A DNA stretch of 64,000 bases, taken from Eledone cirrhosa. Lineage: Eukaryota. Below, piece by piece: positions 27,972 to 41,500 of this stretch; the first letter of the stretch is position 1, and the number at the start of each line of letters is the position of its first letter. The DNA is taken from positions 16,368,001-16,432,000 of the forward strand of contig OZ024743.1 in NCBI GenBank assembly GCA_964016885.1, in the 5' to 3' direction. The notes beneath the pieces were generated by a model, which saw nothing but the letters and a program-made list of their open reading frames with translations, had not been told where the DNA came from and searched no databases. The translations under genes were made by a program, and so were the position numbers.

Positions 27972-28233
27972 CATACAGAGAGAGAGAGAGAGAGAGAGGG
28001 GGGAGAGAGAAAGTGAGATAGAGGGGGGGGGGTTGTAGTGATGTGACACGGACAGCCGCAAATCAGCGGAGTAGTATATGGCAGGGAAAAAGTGACTCTG
28101 GTGGAGACTACAAGGCGTTGTGGTCGGGTTATTTTACCCCTTTTCTCTCTTTCTCTCTATACCTATAGACTGGAATTGAACCATCAGCACAGTTGAGGTA
28201 TGTCAGACATCAATTTATTTTATATGATGAGGA

Positions 28234-28275
28234 CATACTGATGAAATAGATCAGTACCTCTGAAATAAGTATAAT
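28234..28275 (+). ncRNA. Degenerate hammerhead core
   Basis: CTGATGA...aga/tct-GAAA-taagta-TA; stem I not paired. Confidence 0.4.
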
Positions 28276-28334
28276 AAAATATATTTGATCACATGAATGT
28301 CTATATTTATTAATATTTTGAAGTAATATTAACA

Positions 28335-28516
28335 ACTGTTTCTACATTAGGCACAAGGCCAGCAATTACCCAGTGCATTACTGGTACTTTATTTTATCGA
28401 CCCCGTAAGGATGAAAGGCAAAGTCAACCTCGGCGGGATTTGAACTCAGATCGTAAAGGGACGTAACTATGCTGGAAAGCATGGCGTCTGACCCTCTACC
28501 GATACTGCCAATCCAC
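28335..28516 (-). mobile_element. Octopod SINE, near full length
   Basis: Well-preserved copy of the family. Confidence 0.92.
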
Positions 28517-28605
28517 AATAACACCAGAAAACCTACTTGTCGAGTGCTTCTCATCTTTTGTAAAACTTTATTCATTGATTAATCAATGAACCCTATTAAA
28601 CTTTT

Positions 28606-28719
<114 letters not shown>

Positions 28720-28859
28720 ATGTATGTATGTATATTTAAATATGTGTGTTTACGTACTTGCATATGTATATATGTATACTGTATCGAATTCTTTTCTTTA
28801 CTAAATCAATATCAACCAAATTAGAAAAGCTCAAAGTTGAAGATGAAAAATAGATTTTA

Positions 28860-30660
28860 CTCGGGAATTGATAGCGGATTAGAATAATGGAAGTATTACC
28901 TAGCAACCAAGGTTTAAACAATTATTAAATGGCATCCAGTCGATGAGCGGTGTATATATGCTTTATTCATGTATACTAAATGAGGTGTTAGAACATTCCT
29001 ATGCTTTGATCCTACAAATTAGAAACGTGCTATAGAAAATGAAATCTATAGCAAGTTTGACATGGCTATTGCAATGATATCAAAGCATGATATATATGTG
29101 TGTATGAACATGTGCTACCAATCTATGGATCTGTATAGTGCGGATATTACATTCATAGATTGTGCTTTTCTAAATATATTTCATGGCAAATTAATTGATA
29201 ACTGGTGATACAACCGAACACCAACGGATACTCAATATTTGTGGACTACTTTATACGGGATATATAAACGAAATGATGGTTCTGAAATTTGGAAATTATA
29301 TAGCTAAATTCGGAAATTTGGAAATGAATTATGTAAATTATATTGGAGGTGTCGATATTGATAGCGACCATTGACTCATGATATAATTTAAATAGTGTAC
29401 TAAAACGATAGATGACTGCAAGAATCTTTACCCAAAATATTGATTTTACTACAGATTTTGAACAAAAAAGAATGAAAATGTTGTGTGCATATATAAATAG
29501 ATTGTTTGATTTGACAGAAAATAATGCCCGAATAGAAAGGAAAGTATTCAGTACATCAGTTCTGGAAGCCTATTGAAGAAGCATCCATCGTAGCACTTTA
29601 GAGGGAGATGTGATAGTTATAAGGAGTTTCAATTGAAACGTGGGATATGATACCGAAAATGAAAATCGCTGATGCCGAACTGATTGTAATTAAGTTTAAA
29701 GAAACCTATTTCAAAAACCGAATTCACAAAATATAATAATGAAGTAAGAATGTTCATTACGCCAGAAATCATGAAACACTTGATAAGGCAGATACGATTG
29801 AAGCTCAAATGAATAGAGGAAGATAAGGGAGGAACAAAAGATTGGCTTATTAATTAAGAAATGTCGGATAGGAAGAAGACAAACAAAGAACTGTCAATCA
29901 GAGATTAGCTTCACATAAGAACGGAAAGACGTGACACATTGGAATGAAATTAAAACGTTCAACTCCGCGAATTTTAGAATATACTTTTCCAGGTGAACTG
30001 GATCTGTGTACTGAAATTAGAATGTCATACTGGTAAATGTAGGAACGGCTATAAAGCAATTAAATAATCATATTTTACCGGTTGCAGATGGAATTGCACT
30101 TGTGTTGATGACGCTGATGGAGTTAAAATTCGAATTTTAGCTCAAAGAACTGTTTAACTGAATCTGAGAGAACATGTGAAAAACACAAATCATGTAATAT
30201 AAGTATTATAATTAAAATGTATAAGAAATAATAATTGCCTGCGCCTGGGAATTGGTGAAATATTAATATGATGTCGCCTTTAGTTGTGAAAGTCTTCCGC
30301 AGAGTAAATTCAAGCAGTGCCGAACGCTATATTGGCAAGATGAGGAAAGGAAAAAGTAAATTAATATGTTTCTTATTAACAAATGTTAATAAGATAAATT
30401 AGACAACATCAAATGATGGACAGAGAACGCTATTAAACTCTGGAGAAAATGTGACATCCACACGTTAAGTGATATGGTTATTATAATTAAATTGTAAAAG
30501 AAAAAAAGTTTACCTAATTCTGGGAAATGATAACTATTAATTTCCATAATACTGTTGTTGTATAAAAAGACAGGCATGTCGAAGCACCATGGACCACCAA
30601 CAATAAATATAGCAACATAATTTCGAACAAGCTTGAAACACATTTGTATTAGATTCAAGT
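28860..30660 (+). mobile_element. Highly degenerate RTE-like LINE (APE to RT start)
   Basis: GVDIDSDH near 29348-29371; APG near 30241; IIIKL*KKK near 30479. Confidence 0.6.
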
Positions 30661-30805
30661 GGTTGTAACTCTCAGTGAAACCTTTGAAATAAGGTGTAGT
30701 GATATTTCTGTAGGCATACCCTGACTCCTACGTTTAGTGATGGTGACACAATTACGTGATGAAAACTCTATGGTGTAAATATTCTTGGAATACGCTGGAA
30801 AGGTA

Positions 30806-30880
30806 ATAATTATTTCTACTTTTGGCACAAGGCCATCAATTACCCAGTACACTACTGGTACTTTATTTTATCGATCCCCT
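30806..30880 (-). mobile_element. Octopod SINE 3' fragment
   Basis: tttctacttttggcacaaggcc...tttatcgatccc. Confidence 0.85.
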
Positions 30881-31822
30881 AATGTGCTGATATATATTTT
30901 GCTGAAGAACTGGATATTATGACAAGTATAATAGGAGAAATAAATGAAATATGTATATATATGAAAAACATATATATGTAAAAATATATACATACTCCGC
31001 ATTATATATTATATGCCATTTTTATTAATATGACAGGCTGAATGAGTTGGGTAAATATACAAATTTGTGGTGTATTATTATATATTTAAACTTAAATTTT
31101 ACATCTTTAATCTTTAATCTTAACTTTAAATACTACCTTAAAACTTTTTAGATTCTAGTTCTGATTATACTCCTGTCCACTCCATTCCTTTCGAACTTTA
31201 GGCTGACCTAACCGAAAATATTTCTAGGTAACCTGATCTCCTTTACCACTTGTATGTGTCCAAATGGCAGTGAGTGAAAGCGTGGTAGTAGTAGGCGTAC
31301 TACGTACAGCCCCTTAATCCAACTGGCATGGTTAGAGCAGTATACATACTAAGCATAGAGCACCCCTACCCAAATCGGCAAGACAATATTGATGAAAATT
31401 CCATTGGAAGTTTGTAAACCAAATGGGCAACAGCTGGCTCTAACTGCCTTCGATTCATAAACATTTTTGTCTGTTTTCTTTTTGCCTCTTGGATTGTGTT
31501 TACCATTATTCCTTTATTATATGACTTTTATGCAATATATATATATATATATATATATGCACTTCTGTATTCATATATTTTCCACTTAATTTATCATGCT
31601 TTACTCGTGTCATTTTTCAGCTATATTCTTTCTCCTCCGAATGAACTATTCGTTGTTACTTCACTCAGCATCCCTTTATCTACCATTGTCTTTCTATTTC
31701 CGCCTCCGAATTACCACACGTACTAAATAAAAGTGCAAGATATTGCAGTTGAAACACACATACCTCACACACTAAACCTGTCTGTCTTTCTGTCTGTATC
31801 TCTCTCTCTCTCTCAATATATA

Positions 31823-31879
<57 letters not shown>

Positions 31880-31907
31880 ATTATATCACCCCCCCCCCCC
31901 CCACACA

Positions 31908-31941
<34 letters not shown>

Positions 31942-33089
31942 TACGCACATACACACACACAAACTCATGTATATTCATCGTATTTTTCCTGTATTCAAAA
32001 TATTTTAATAATTGTCTACTTTTTATTTAATCATTTAAAATATTTTATTCATACCTGGATAATGCTTCAACACAACCCAACAACAAGAAAACCAGTATGA
32101 GACGAAGTTGGGAGGAAAACTAAATACAAAGAAATTAAAAAGAAAAAAACAATAAAGGCAATTATAGTCAAAATATAATAAATCACTACAAATGAAATCA
32201 CATGAGGAAAATTTTAAACATTTCTCTGCCAAAAATATACAGAAACAGAAAAATAAAAGAATAACATCTCATTGGAATAATTATGCTGTAAAGCATATTA
32301 ATAGCTTTGGGCAATTTAATGCACGATAAAAATTACAGGATAATTTAAAAAAATGTTGGCTTGATACCGAATCTGATGAAGCAGTCATATTAAACAACAT
32401 TAGTAAAATAATAATTTTCAGAAATGGCATTAATATATACACATACATAAATACATACAAACATACGTACGTACGTGATACATACTTACATACATAAGGT
32501 CATATAAGCATGCATACAAACGTACATGCAGGCAGACATATCCATACATACATATATACACATATTTATCCTCCGTCTTTCTCTCTCTCTCCCTCTATTT
32601 ATATATATTTGTGTATGTGGTGGCGCGTGTATATGTATATGTGTGTTTCAGAGCATGTGGATGTGTGTTTTATCTTAAATCTCTTTTCAAAAACTAAGGT
32701 AACACATATATAAAGAATGACATTTTATTTAGTTTATTTTAAATACATTTTTTAAAGCAATTAATTGAGTATATTCATAAATATATGAAGTAAATTCCAA
32801 ATTATTTTTTCACGTTTTGATAATTCATTTCATATTTTTTAAATTTTATTGGATATATCATTTCATTAACTTTAACGTTGATCTCTGATATATTTTAACC
32901 TTAACGTTAATTTTTATCATGGTAATATATTATGAAATCATATGTGATAATAAATTCTGGTAAATTTGTATTGGGATCTAATTATTAATTTCAGTGAACT
33001 GCAAACATATTTGGACTAAATGCTAATATAAATATTGAATTATATAAAGTAATTAAGATACCACATGAAACTATATTTATATATATATA

Positions 33090-33187
<98 letters not shown>

Positions 33188-35512
33188 CTACTTGAAAAAG
33201 AGAAAAGTAAATATTTTGATATTTCATGTATAGAATCTTTCCGTATGACAGTATCAAGAATTAGGGGGATTACATTTCAAAGAGAATTGGTTATCCTTTG
33301 TTTCTTTTGTGTTTCTCCGTAGAATTGTATTATTACGTATTGAAACATACCGGGATCTGGGAATAGTGTTTGGTTATTCAGCATATTCTCATATTATTCA
33401 TACAGGAACTGAATAGTTTGACTTATGTTATGTAATATAGATTATGGACGTTTACATGTCAGTGTGTTTTAAGAATTTAGTTTCACAACTACCTGGATTC
33501 TGCTTCCATCATATTACCTGATAATTATAGCTTATGTTTTCTAACTTATAGAATTGACGAAATGTTCGTGATTGTTAGTAAGAAGGGTGACATTGGAAGT
33601 GAGTTAGAAGATCATTCCCTTTCTTAGTTGGTGGTAATACTAATTGTGCATCCGCTTTAGAACAAACAACTGGTCATTAGATGGTTTTAGAAGTATATAC
33701 TCTGTTGCATATATTTGCATCAAATTTCAGATATGAGAATATGATCCTCACATTTACCTGTCTTATTATGTTGTACAAAATTACAAGAAGTGTATTACGT
33801 TAAAAACATTTAGGAAGAACATTTGCGAATAATCAAGTATTTAAAAAAGCTTATAAATATGTAAGAAATAGCTACAGAGAAGAAGCATGATTATAAAGAA
33901 ATAGTGTTGGTTGTACAAATTATTATTAGTTGCATATGGAAGCGAACATGATTATTTGAACGAAAAGCATATACTAGATTAAATAATCTATCACACACCC
34001 TACACTATATAGAAATTAATTATATCTATATAAGAAAATAAGTCATGCCTTACAATAAAATGACTTTGGTATATAATATAACTGCTATAATGTGCAGATG
34101 TGTTTAACAACGCAAACATTGTCAACCTTAGACTATATTACCCTCTTAGACACGAGTGTCTTTTCCTCACTACGTAAGAATTTGTAATTTTGGATTTAAT
34201 ATGTTTGTATCAAATATGCCATTACTAACATAATTCCTATATTTTATGCGGTTAATGTTTCTTCATACGAAAGAATTTTAGAATAGTTATGTCCTCACTA
34301 CTCAAGCAAAATATTTCTCTGACCACTTCCTCAGCAAGTACGAAGTGGTGTATGCTCCAATGGTGCAGTTTTATAATGCTGAGGCATTATTAGAACTGCT
34401 TGCCATATGTAGCCAAATAACGAATTCTAATTATGTTTATTGAGATAATACATTTATATTTTAATATACGTATCTCCGACTACATATTTGAAGCTTATTA
34501 CATTGAATATATTAACACAAACCTAAATATGGATAGTTATACGCATAGACCCTCACAGTATTTAACATAAATCATATGTGTTATATAGAATGCGTATTTG
34601 AGGTTTCAACCCATGCATATTTTCTACGCGATTTACTTCTCTCAAGCAAGGTAATTATATATCAAGGTATTAAAGAAATTATGCATTGCCAGAGTTGCCA
34701 TTATGAAATATTTAACATAAAGAGACCAAACAGACTTATTCAATTGAAATTAAATCTTTATGAAGGAAAAGGTCATTAGTGTAATTTCAGTTTTAAGTGA
34801 TCAAATTATCCTTTGTTTCTCTACATCAGTTGTGTCAATCTTCAATTTACTCTAAATGATATCGTATTGTTTTGAAGGTTTGAAAATATTTACAGTATTA
34901 TATGACATACAGGAAAATAGAGTAATTATTTAACTCCGTATTAGAGTGTGTTTTTAACCTTGCTCTTAAATAATCTATGGAGGTATACCAACAATATTTG
35001 ATACACACTAACATATATACATGATGTATTCTATTGACATTCAAGATAGATGAAACACAGCAAGGTTGTAATAAGTATCTAATACAGGATTCTAATGATT
35101 TCTCAAATAATATAAATCCCTAAATTGCTTTAAATTATAACATATATACATAAAGTGAATGTTCACCTGTCAGTGTTCTACTCTAGTATAGCTAACCCTG
35201 TCTAGCTGTTCATGACATTTCCCAATGGTTTCTTGATTTTACGCAGCATGTTACGTTATTAAAGTTTGGAATCACAAGATAAATTTGTAAACAAACAAGT
35301 GGGCAGTTATTTTATTTAGACTTGAATGTCTTTGATTATATATAAATACAAATTCACCAAGAAATTACAAACTTTGAAATGTGAGAGTCATGATTTACAC
35401 TCTAAATATCAAGACAATGCTAAAATAAAGGTTAAGATAAATGATGTGCGTTGGTCTAGAGGAAAGGACATTTTGTTTGTCTAAAATTTTGTTTGTCATT
35501 GATTTTTCTAAT

Positions 35513-38500
35513 CGATGAATATTGCGGAGGGAGTTATCGATGGGTTTCGAGTTCCATTTGAAAAAGTGGAGGGAGTGCATGCTGAAGATGAAACTAAAAA
35601 TGAAAACAATGAGATCGTAAATGATAAAGAAATAAATGAAAATGAACTTGCCAACTTGAAGGATGAAATTATGATCGAATGGATGAAAATGAAGGAATCT
35701 GACATGGGGGAACGAGACACCCTACCTAAGATCCAGAACTCCAAACAGAACCAAAAGATAATACACAAGACTAACATAATTCTCTAAAACATTATCATCA
35801 CAAACAAACTAAACATTACTGATCTAAATCATCTCTATTATGCATAGGTTAAAGTCACCACTCACTTATGTGGAGTGAACATGAAAAAACAAAGGAATTT
35901 CCATAAGAAATCCACTTGGCAAGAGGACATCAATCACCAAATAAACCTTCTCCGATCTGACATAGAAATTTTAACAAACTACAAAGTAGGTGAACATGTT
36001 AAACAAACTAAACTTAGAAAATTGAAAAGAAAATACAGTATAAAATCAACAAGTGACATAGACATGCTGATAGAAATAATCAAGCAAAAAGTGTCGGCCA
36101 AAGATGCTCGTAAAAGACGCTTTGAAAAACTATCTACATTCTATAAGGACAATAATATGTTCAACAACAACCAAAGAAACTTCTACAAAAAAATTGGCAA
36201 GTCAACAAATACTGCTAAATCAATACCACCCAAGGAGGAAGTGCAAGAATTCTGGGAAAAGATCTGGGCCGAAGAAAAAGTTCATAATATAAATGCCCCA
36301 TGGATAGACATACAAATGAAAGATACAGCTCACCTTGAGGAACAAATATGTGAAAATATAACAGTTGAACAGTTGCGTTTGGCTCTTAGAAAAACCAGCA
36401 AATGGAAATCCTCAGGAAAAGACAAGATACCAAATTTTTGGATAAATGCCTTCTCAGAGTCTCATGAGCTGTTAGCTCAACTTTACAATGAAATAGTTAA
36501 GGAGCCAGAAAAGATACCATCATGGCTAGTTAACGGCATTATGAAAAAACATTCGATAGTTTGCCACAAAGTTGGATTGAAAAATGTTTAGAGATTTTCA
36601 AAATATCTCCCGTTGTCAGGTAGTTCTTGCCATTCAGTATGAAGACATGGAAAATGACACTCCTTTTGAATAGTGAAAAGGAATCACTGGAAGCTGGAGA
36701 AGTTAATATTAATTGTGGAATATTTCAGGGTGACTCTTTATCACCGCTTTTATTCTGCATCGCACGTATACCATTAAGTAAAATGCTCAATGAAACAAAA
36801 CATGGATATAAAGTCTATGACAAAACCATTAATCACTTGTTCTACATGGATGACCTGAAACTATTTGCAGAAAATGATGAACAATTGCAATGGCTATTAT
36901 CCACTGTGGAGCAGTTCAGTGATGCCATTAAAATGGAGTTTGGTCTAGATAGATGCGCCAAAGCAACGTTCACCAGAGGAAATCTGCTGAACAGTTCAGA
37001 CATTAATCTTGATCGGGGGAACGTGATAATTGAACTTGATCAAGAAAAAACTTACAAATATCTAGGTGTTTGTGAAGGAGACGGAATCAAGCACTCGACA
37101 ATGAGGGAAATGATAAGGAAGGAATGTTACCGCAGAGTAAGAGCAATCTTAAGAACGGAATTGAATGCATGGAATAGGATCGATGCCATAAACACGCTTG
37201 CCATACCAGTAGTAACCTACAGTTACAATGTCATCAACTGGTCAAGCACAAAGATTCGTAGGCTCGATACAAACATTGGAAAATTCTTAACCATGCACAA
37301 AATTCATCACCGTAAGGCAGATATAGATAGAATATATCTCCCTAGGAAAGAAGGAGGACGTGGGTTAATCCAGTTAGACATTGCGTTGAAAACTGCAACA
37401 ATTGGATTATCTACATATCTAAGGGAATCACATGATTGGATGATCAAGCTCGTTTTGAAACACGAAAGCATCAACAGATCATACTCCATTACAAAAGATG
37501 CACAAAGATACAGTAATGGACTACACATTTCAGAATTCCCATTTACTGCTGAAATGGAAAACACAGAAAAAGCAAAGCAGGTAAAAGTAACTGCAAAGAA
37601 AGAACTGCTACAGAAACTGGATAAGAAATGGCAAGAAAAGCCTCTGTATGGAAAATACCCAGAGCAAGCTAACAATCCGGATGTTGACAAAACTTTAACC
37701 CATCAGTGGTTGGCATCCTCTGGACTGAAATCGGAGGCTGAAGGACTGATTATATCAGCACAAGATCAGTGTCTGCCAACAAAAAATTACCAAGCCGACA
37801 TATAAAAATGGATGCAACCCATTATGCCGTGTATGTAAAAAACAACCAGAGACCATTGATCATCTAATTTCAATGAGCAGTCCTATAGCTCCAACCGAAT
37901 ACCTAAACAGGCATGACAGAGCTGCACAATACATACATTGGATAATGTGTAAGCATTTTGACCTGCCTCATGAAAAGAATTGGTGGGAGCATCACCCACC
38001 GCCCATACATGAAAAAGATCACATCTCAATCTTGTGGAACTTTAGCATCCAAACAGACCGACACATAGATGCAAATAGACCTGATATAATACTGAAGGAC
38101 TTTAAAAAGAAGGTATGTCTGCTAATTGATATGTCCGTCCCAATAGACAAGAATGTATCTATAAAAACAATTGAAAAATTGAGCAAGTATAAAGACCTGG
38201 AGATAGAAATTGGAAAAATGCGGAAATTGAGAACTAAACCAATACCAGCGCTCTAGGAATGATACCAAGGGGTCTAATGATTACTTATTGCAAATCCCAG
38301 GAAACCCGCGGATAGGAGAAATACAAAAGATAGTACTAATGGGAACTGCCCATATACTAAGGAAGATTCTGTCAATATAAGTACATCACAAGTCTAAACA
38401 CCTAAAGATGCATATGTGTGTATGTATGTTCTTTCTTGAACATGGCAGACCTTGTTGTCTCTTGAGGTCATGGGTTGTGACTTGGTGATAACTCGTATGA

Positions 38501-38523
38501 ACATAAAGCCAGATAAATGCAAC

Positions 38524-38556
<33 letters not shown>
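35513..38556 (+). mobile_element. Dong/R4-clade non-LTR retrotransposon (RT, CCHC-type finger, restriction-like endonuclease), 5'-truncated and disrupted
   Basis: GIFQGDSLSPLLF, NHLFYMDDLKLF, CRVCKKQPETIDHL, RHD, NRPDIILKD, GTAHILRKIL*; (TAA)n tail at about 38525-38556. Confidence 0.93.
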
Positions 38557-38557
<1 letters not shown>

Positions 38558-41500
38558 CTTTCTTTATTAACCACATGCGTTTACATAAAGTAGACATTAA
38601 GGACAGTGCAGGACAATACAGGACGGTACAAATGGGTATTTCTGCGTGTAAAAAACATAAACAGAGGATGTAACAAAAAAATTACAATGAAAAATTCCCC
38701 AATACGGGGGAGATTTCCGAGGGACATTCGTGTAGAAAGCCCATTAAAAAGCCACAGTGACCCTGACCACCAGGGCAAGTGCCCTCTCCCAGTTTTCCAT
38801 CTTTAATTTACAGATACATACTCAGAGCCATTCTTGGATCTCGGGCCATTCTTGAATCTCTAGCCCATCTTTCAACAAAATGCTGGGAAGAGAGCACTTC
38901 CCTCTCTACCCTGATTTTCCTTTTCAAATGAAATTTGGAAAAGTTAAACAGGGCATCACCGAAGATGTAAGTGCTCGTCTTCAGCCCTTTCAAACGTGTC
39001 CACCATACTATCTCTTTCGCCATGGCCGCCAGACAGATAAAAACTGCCTGTCCTACCAGGATAAATGAAGAGGGCGGGGCAATCCCCCTCGATGGACTCA
39101 GCTGATAGCTGGATCTGTCCTACACGCGACAGTAGATGTTCGACATAAACCCACAAGTCAGCAATACTTGGACACTGGACGAGTGCGTGCAGGACGGTTT
39201 CGTCGCCCTGCGCGCATCTCGGACATGCCCGGGTGACGGCACCTCCATGCCTGTAGAGTTTTTCTCGAACTGGCAAAGCTCCTTGGTAGCACTGCTAGGC
39301 CAGAGATTTCTGGAAGTTGTCCATAGGCCCCGGCCCGAAAGTTCTTCAAAAGAGATTGGCTAGTTGATTTTCGTCGACGCCTAGAGTTTCCCCAAGTACG
39401 TCGTCGCTCTTCCACTACACTAATCCTCTATAGAACGCCAAGGTGGAGTTTCCATCGATCACATCACACTATTAGTCGAGGGATGTAAGCGCCTGAAGAC
39501 ATGCCAGTCTCCAATCGACCCCTCTCGGTCTCCGCTTGCCCCAGGACTGCAGCGACGTCAAGAAGACGAGCTGGGGAAAGACGCGTCTAGCAGACGGCGA
39601 CCACACCTCATCACCGTCGAAGAAGAGGTGGATATGTCGTAGCCTGAGCACGTGTCTGCGCATCATCAGCCCCGCATGCCCAACACTCCACGTAGCGTGT
39701 GTTGACAGCAGATGCACCGCCTGACAATCGGAGCGCGTCCCTTCCACAAAAAGCGAAAGAGCAAACGCTCAATTATAGTCAGGCAAGGCTTACGACAAGG
39801 CACGACGGTCAGGCGGTAGTAGATGACGGAAACGATGTACGCATTCGCCACCTCCGCTCGACCTTTCAGGGATAGCTTCGTCTCTCGAATTTCAGGGTGA
39901 GAGAAGCCAACCTGCTCGTCACCTCATCCCAGTTTTTTCCGGACCGAAACAGACCCCCAGCAATTTATCGGTCCATCCGTCCAGCGCCCGACGATGCTGT
40001 TGGACAGCATGGACTTATCTCTCCAGGGGCCGAGCTGCAGGCTCACCAACTTTTTCTGGTTGATCATTGCTCCTGACACCGCTTCGTATTCTCTTAGTGT
40101 GGTGCCGATCGCCTCGATGTGTTTGGCGTTCTACACCACTACGGTGACATCTTCCGCATATGCTGACACCGATCTTTCACAACCTAGTTCGCACGGGACC
40201 CCCCTCAACGTTGTCCAGTTTGTGCAGTAATGCCTCGAGAGTCAATACGTACAAGAGGGACGAGAGTGTATATCATTGGCGGACCGAGCGCATGATGTTG
40301 AACATTTCCGGAAGGTGACCGGTTACTCTCACCACAGAGCAGATGTCGATGTGCATGGCAACGATCCAAACTCTGAAGACGGGCCCAAAGCCATCCGCCC
40401 TGAGAACTGCCGCCAGATAACGATGGTCGACCCTATCGAAAGCATTCCACTGATCTAAATTGTTCAAGGACCCACGCATGTCAGGTTCCCTAGCCACTCT
40501 CTCCCCGATGTATCGCATGCGGTGGAGGTTGTGTTGAATGGATCTGTTTGGAATGGCGCATGTCTGCGCCTCTCCCAACAGACCACCAACGACAAGCGCC
40601 AAACTTTTGCTAGTACCTTGACCACAATATTGAACTCTGTGTTTAGCAGAGTAATGGGCCTAAAATTGTGTATATTATCCCCCTTGTTCCGATCCTTTCT
40701 CAGCAGCGCCACTACTTCTCGGTTCACAGAGCTGGGAATTCTCCTGTTCTGTTGCCAGTTGAAGTAGACGTCCGCCAAAAGACCTCCGAACAAGTCTGGT
40801 ATCTGTACGTAAACTTCATAGGGCAGACCATCCAAACCAGGCGATTTACCCCTTGTGCAGCTAGTCATGCCTCCCCTACTTTAGCTGCTGTTATCGGCTT
40901 TTCGCAACACTCAGCCTCAGTGGCCGAGAGCCGTGGCAGTCCGTCGAGGTAGGCACTAAAATCCATCCCCCGATCCGCCCCGCCGCTGCCCCGAACAGCT
41001 GTGCGAAGTGTCGCTCAAAATCTTCACACATTTACTCTGGATCGAGTAGTATGCGCCCGTTGTGGTCCACCAAAGACCAGATCGTGGCTTTGTTGTCACG
41101 ACACACCTCCGCCATTCGGGCCCATTGAACGGCTTTCGTCCCCTCGTGTCTGATAGCACTCACCATAGCTCTGACAACGGACCCTTCGTGCTTTGCATTG
41201 AAGAATTGGTCAAGGGCCAAATTCGCTGCAAGTACGTCGGTCGCGATGCCTTTGCTAAGCGCCTTGTCTAATATTCTAACCAGTTCTCTGTCTGACCTAT
41301 TTTTCCCTATTCCTAAAGCTTTACTAAACCTTATCGACTCTATTCTAATCGCTCTTACAGAGCAAACCACCACTTGTTGACGATTGCCCCCATCAACGCC
41401 CGCTTAACTAGTTCGCTAATCCGGTCTCTGTAGGCCTTGCGCGCTGTTATTGACGCTTTTAGCTTCCAGTTGCCGGGTCCTTGTCTATGAAGCCTCTGTA

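Noticed and set aside
31190-31310. Hammerhead-like fragments (also 48120-48180)
   Set aside because: Core and NUH could not be placed in register.
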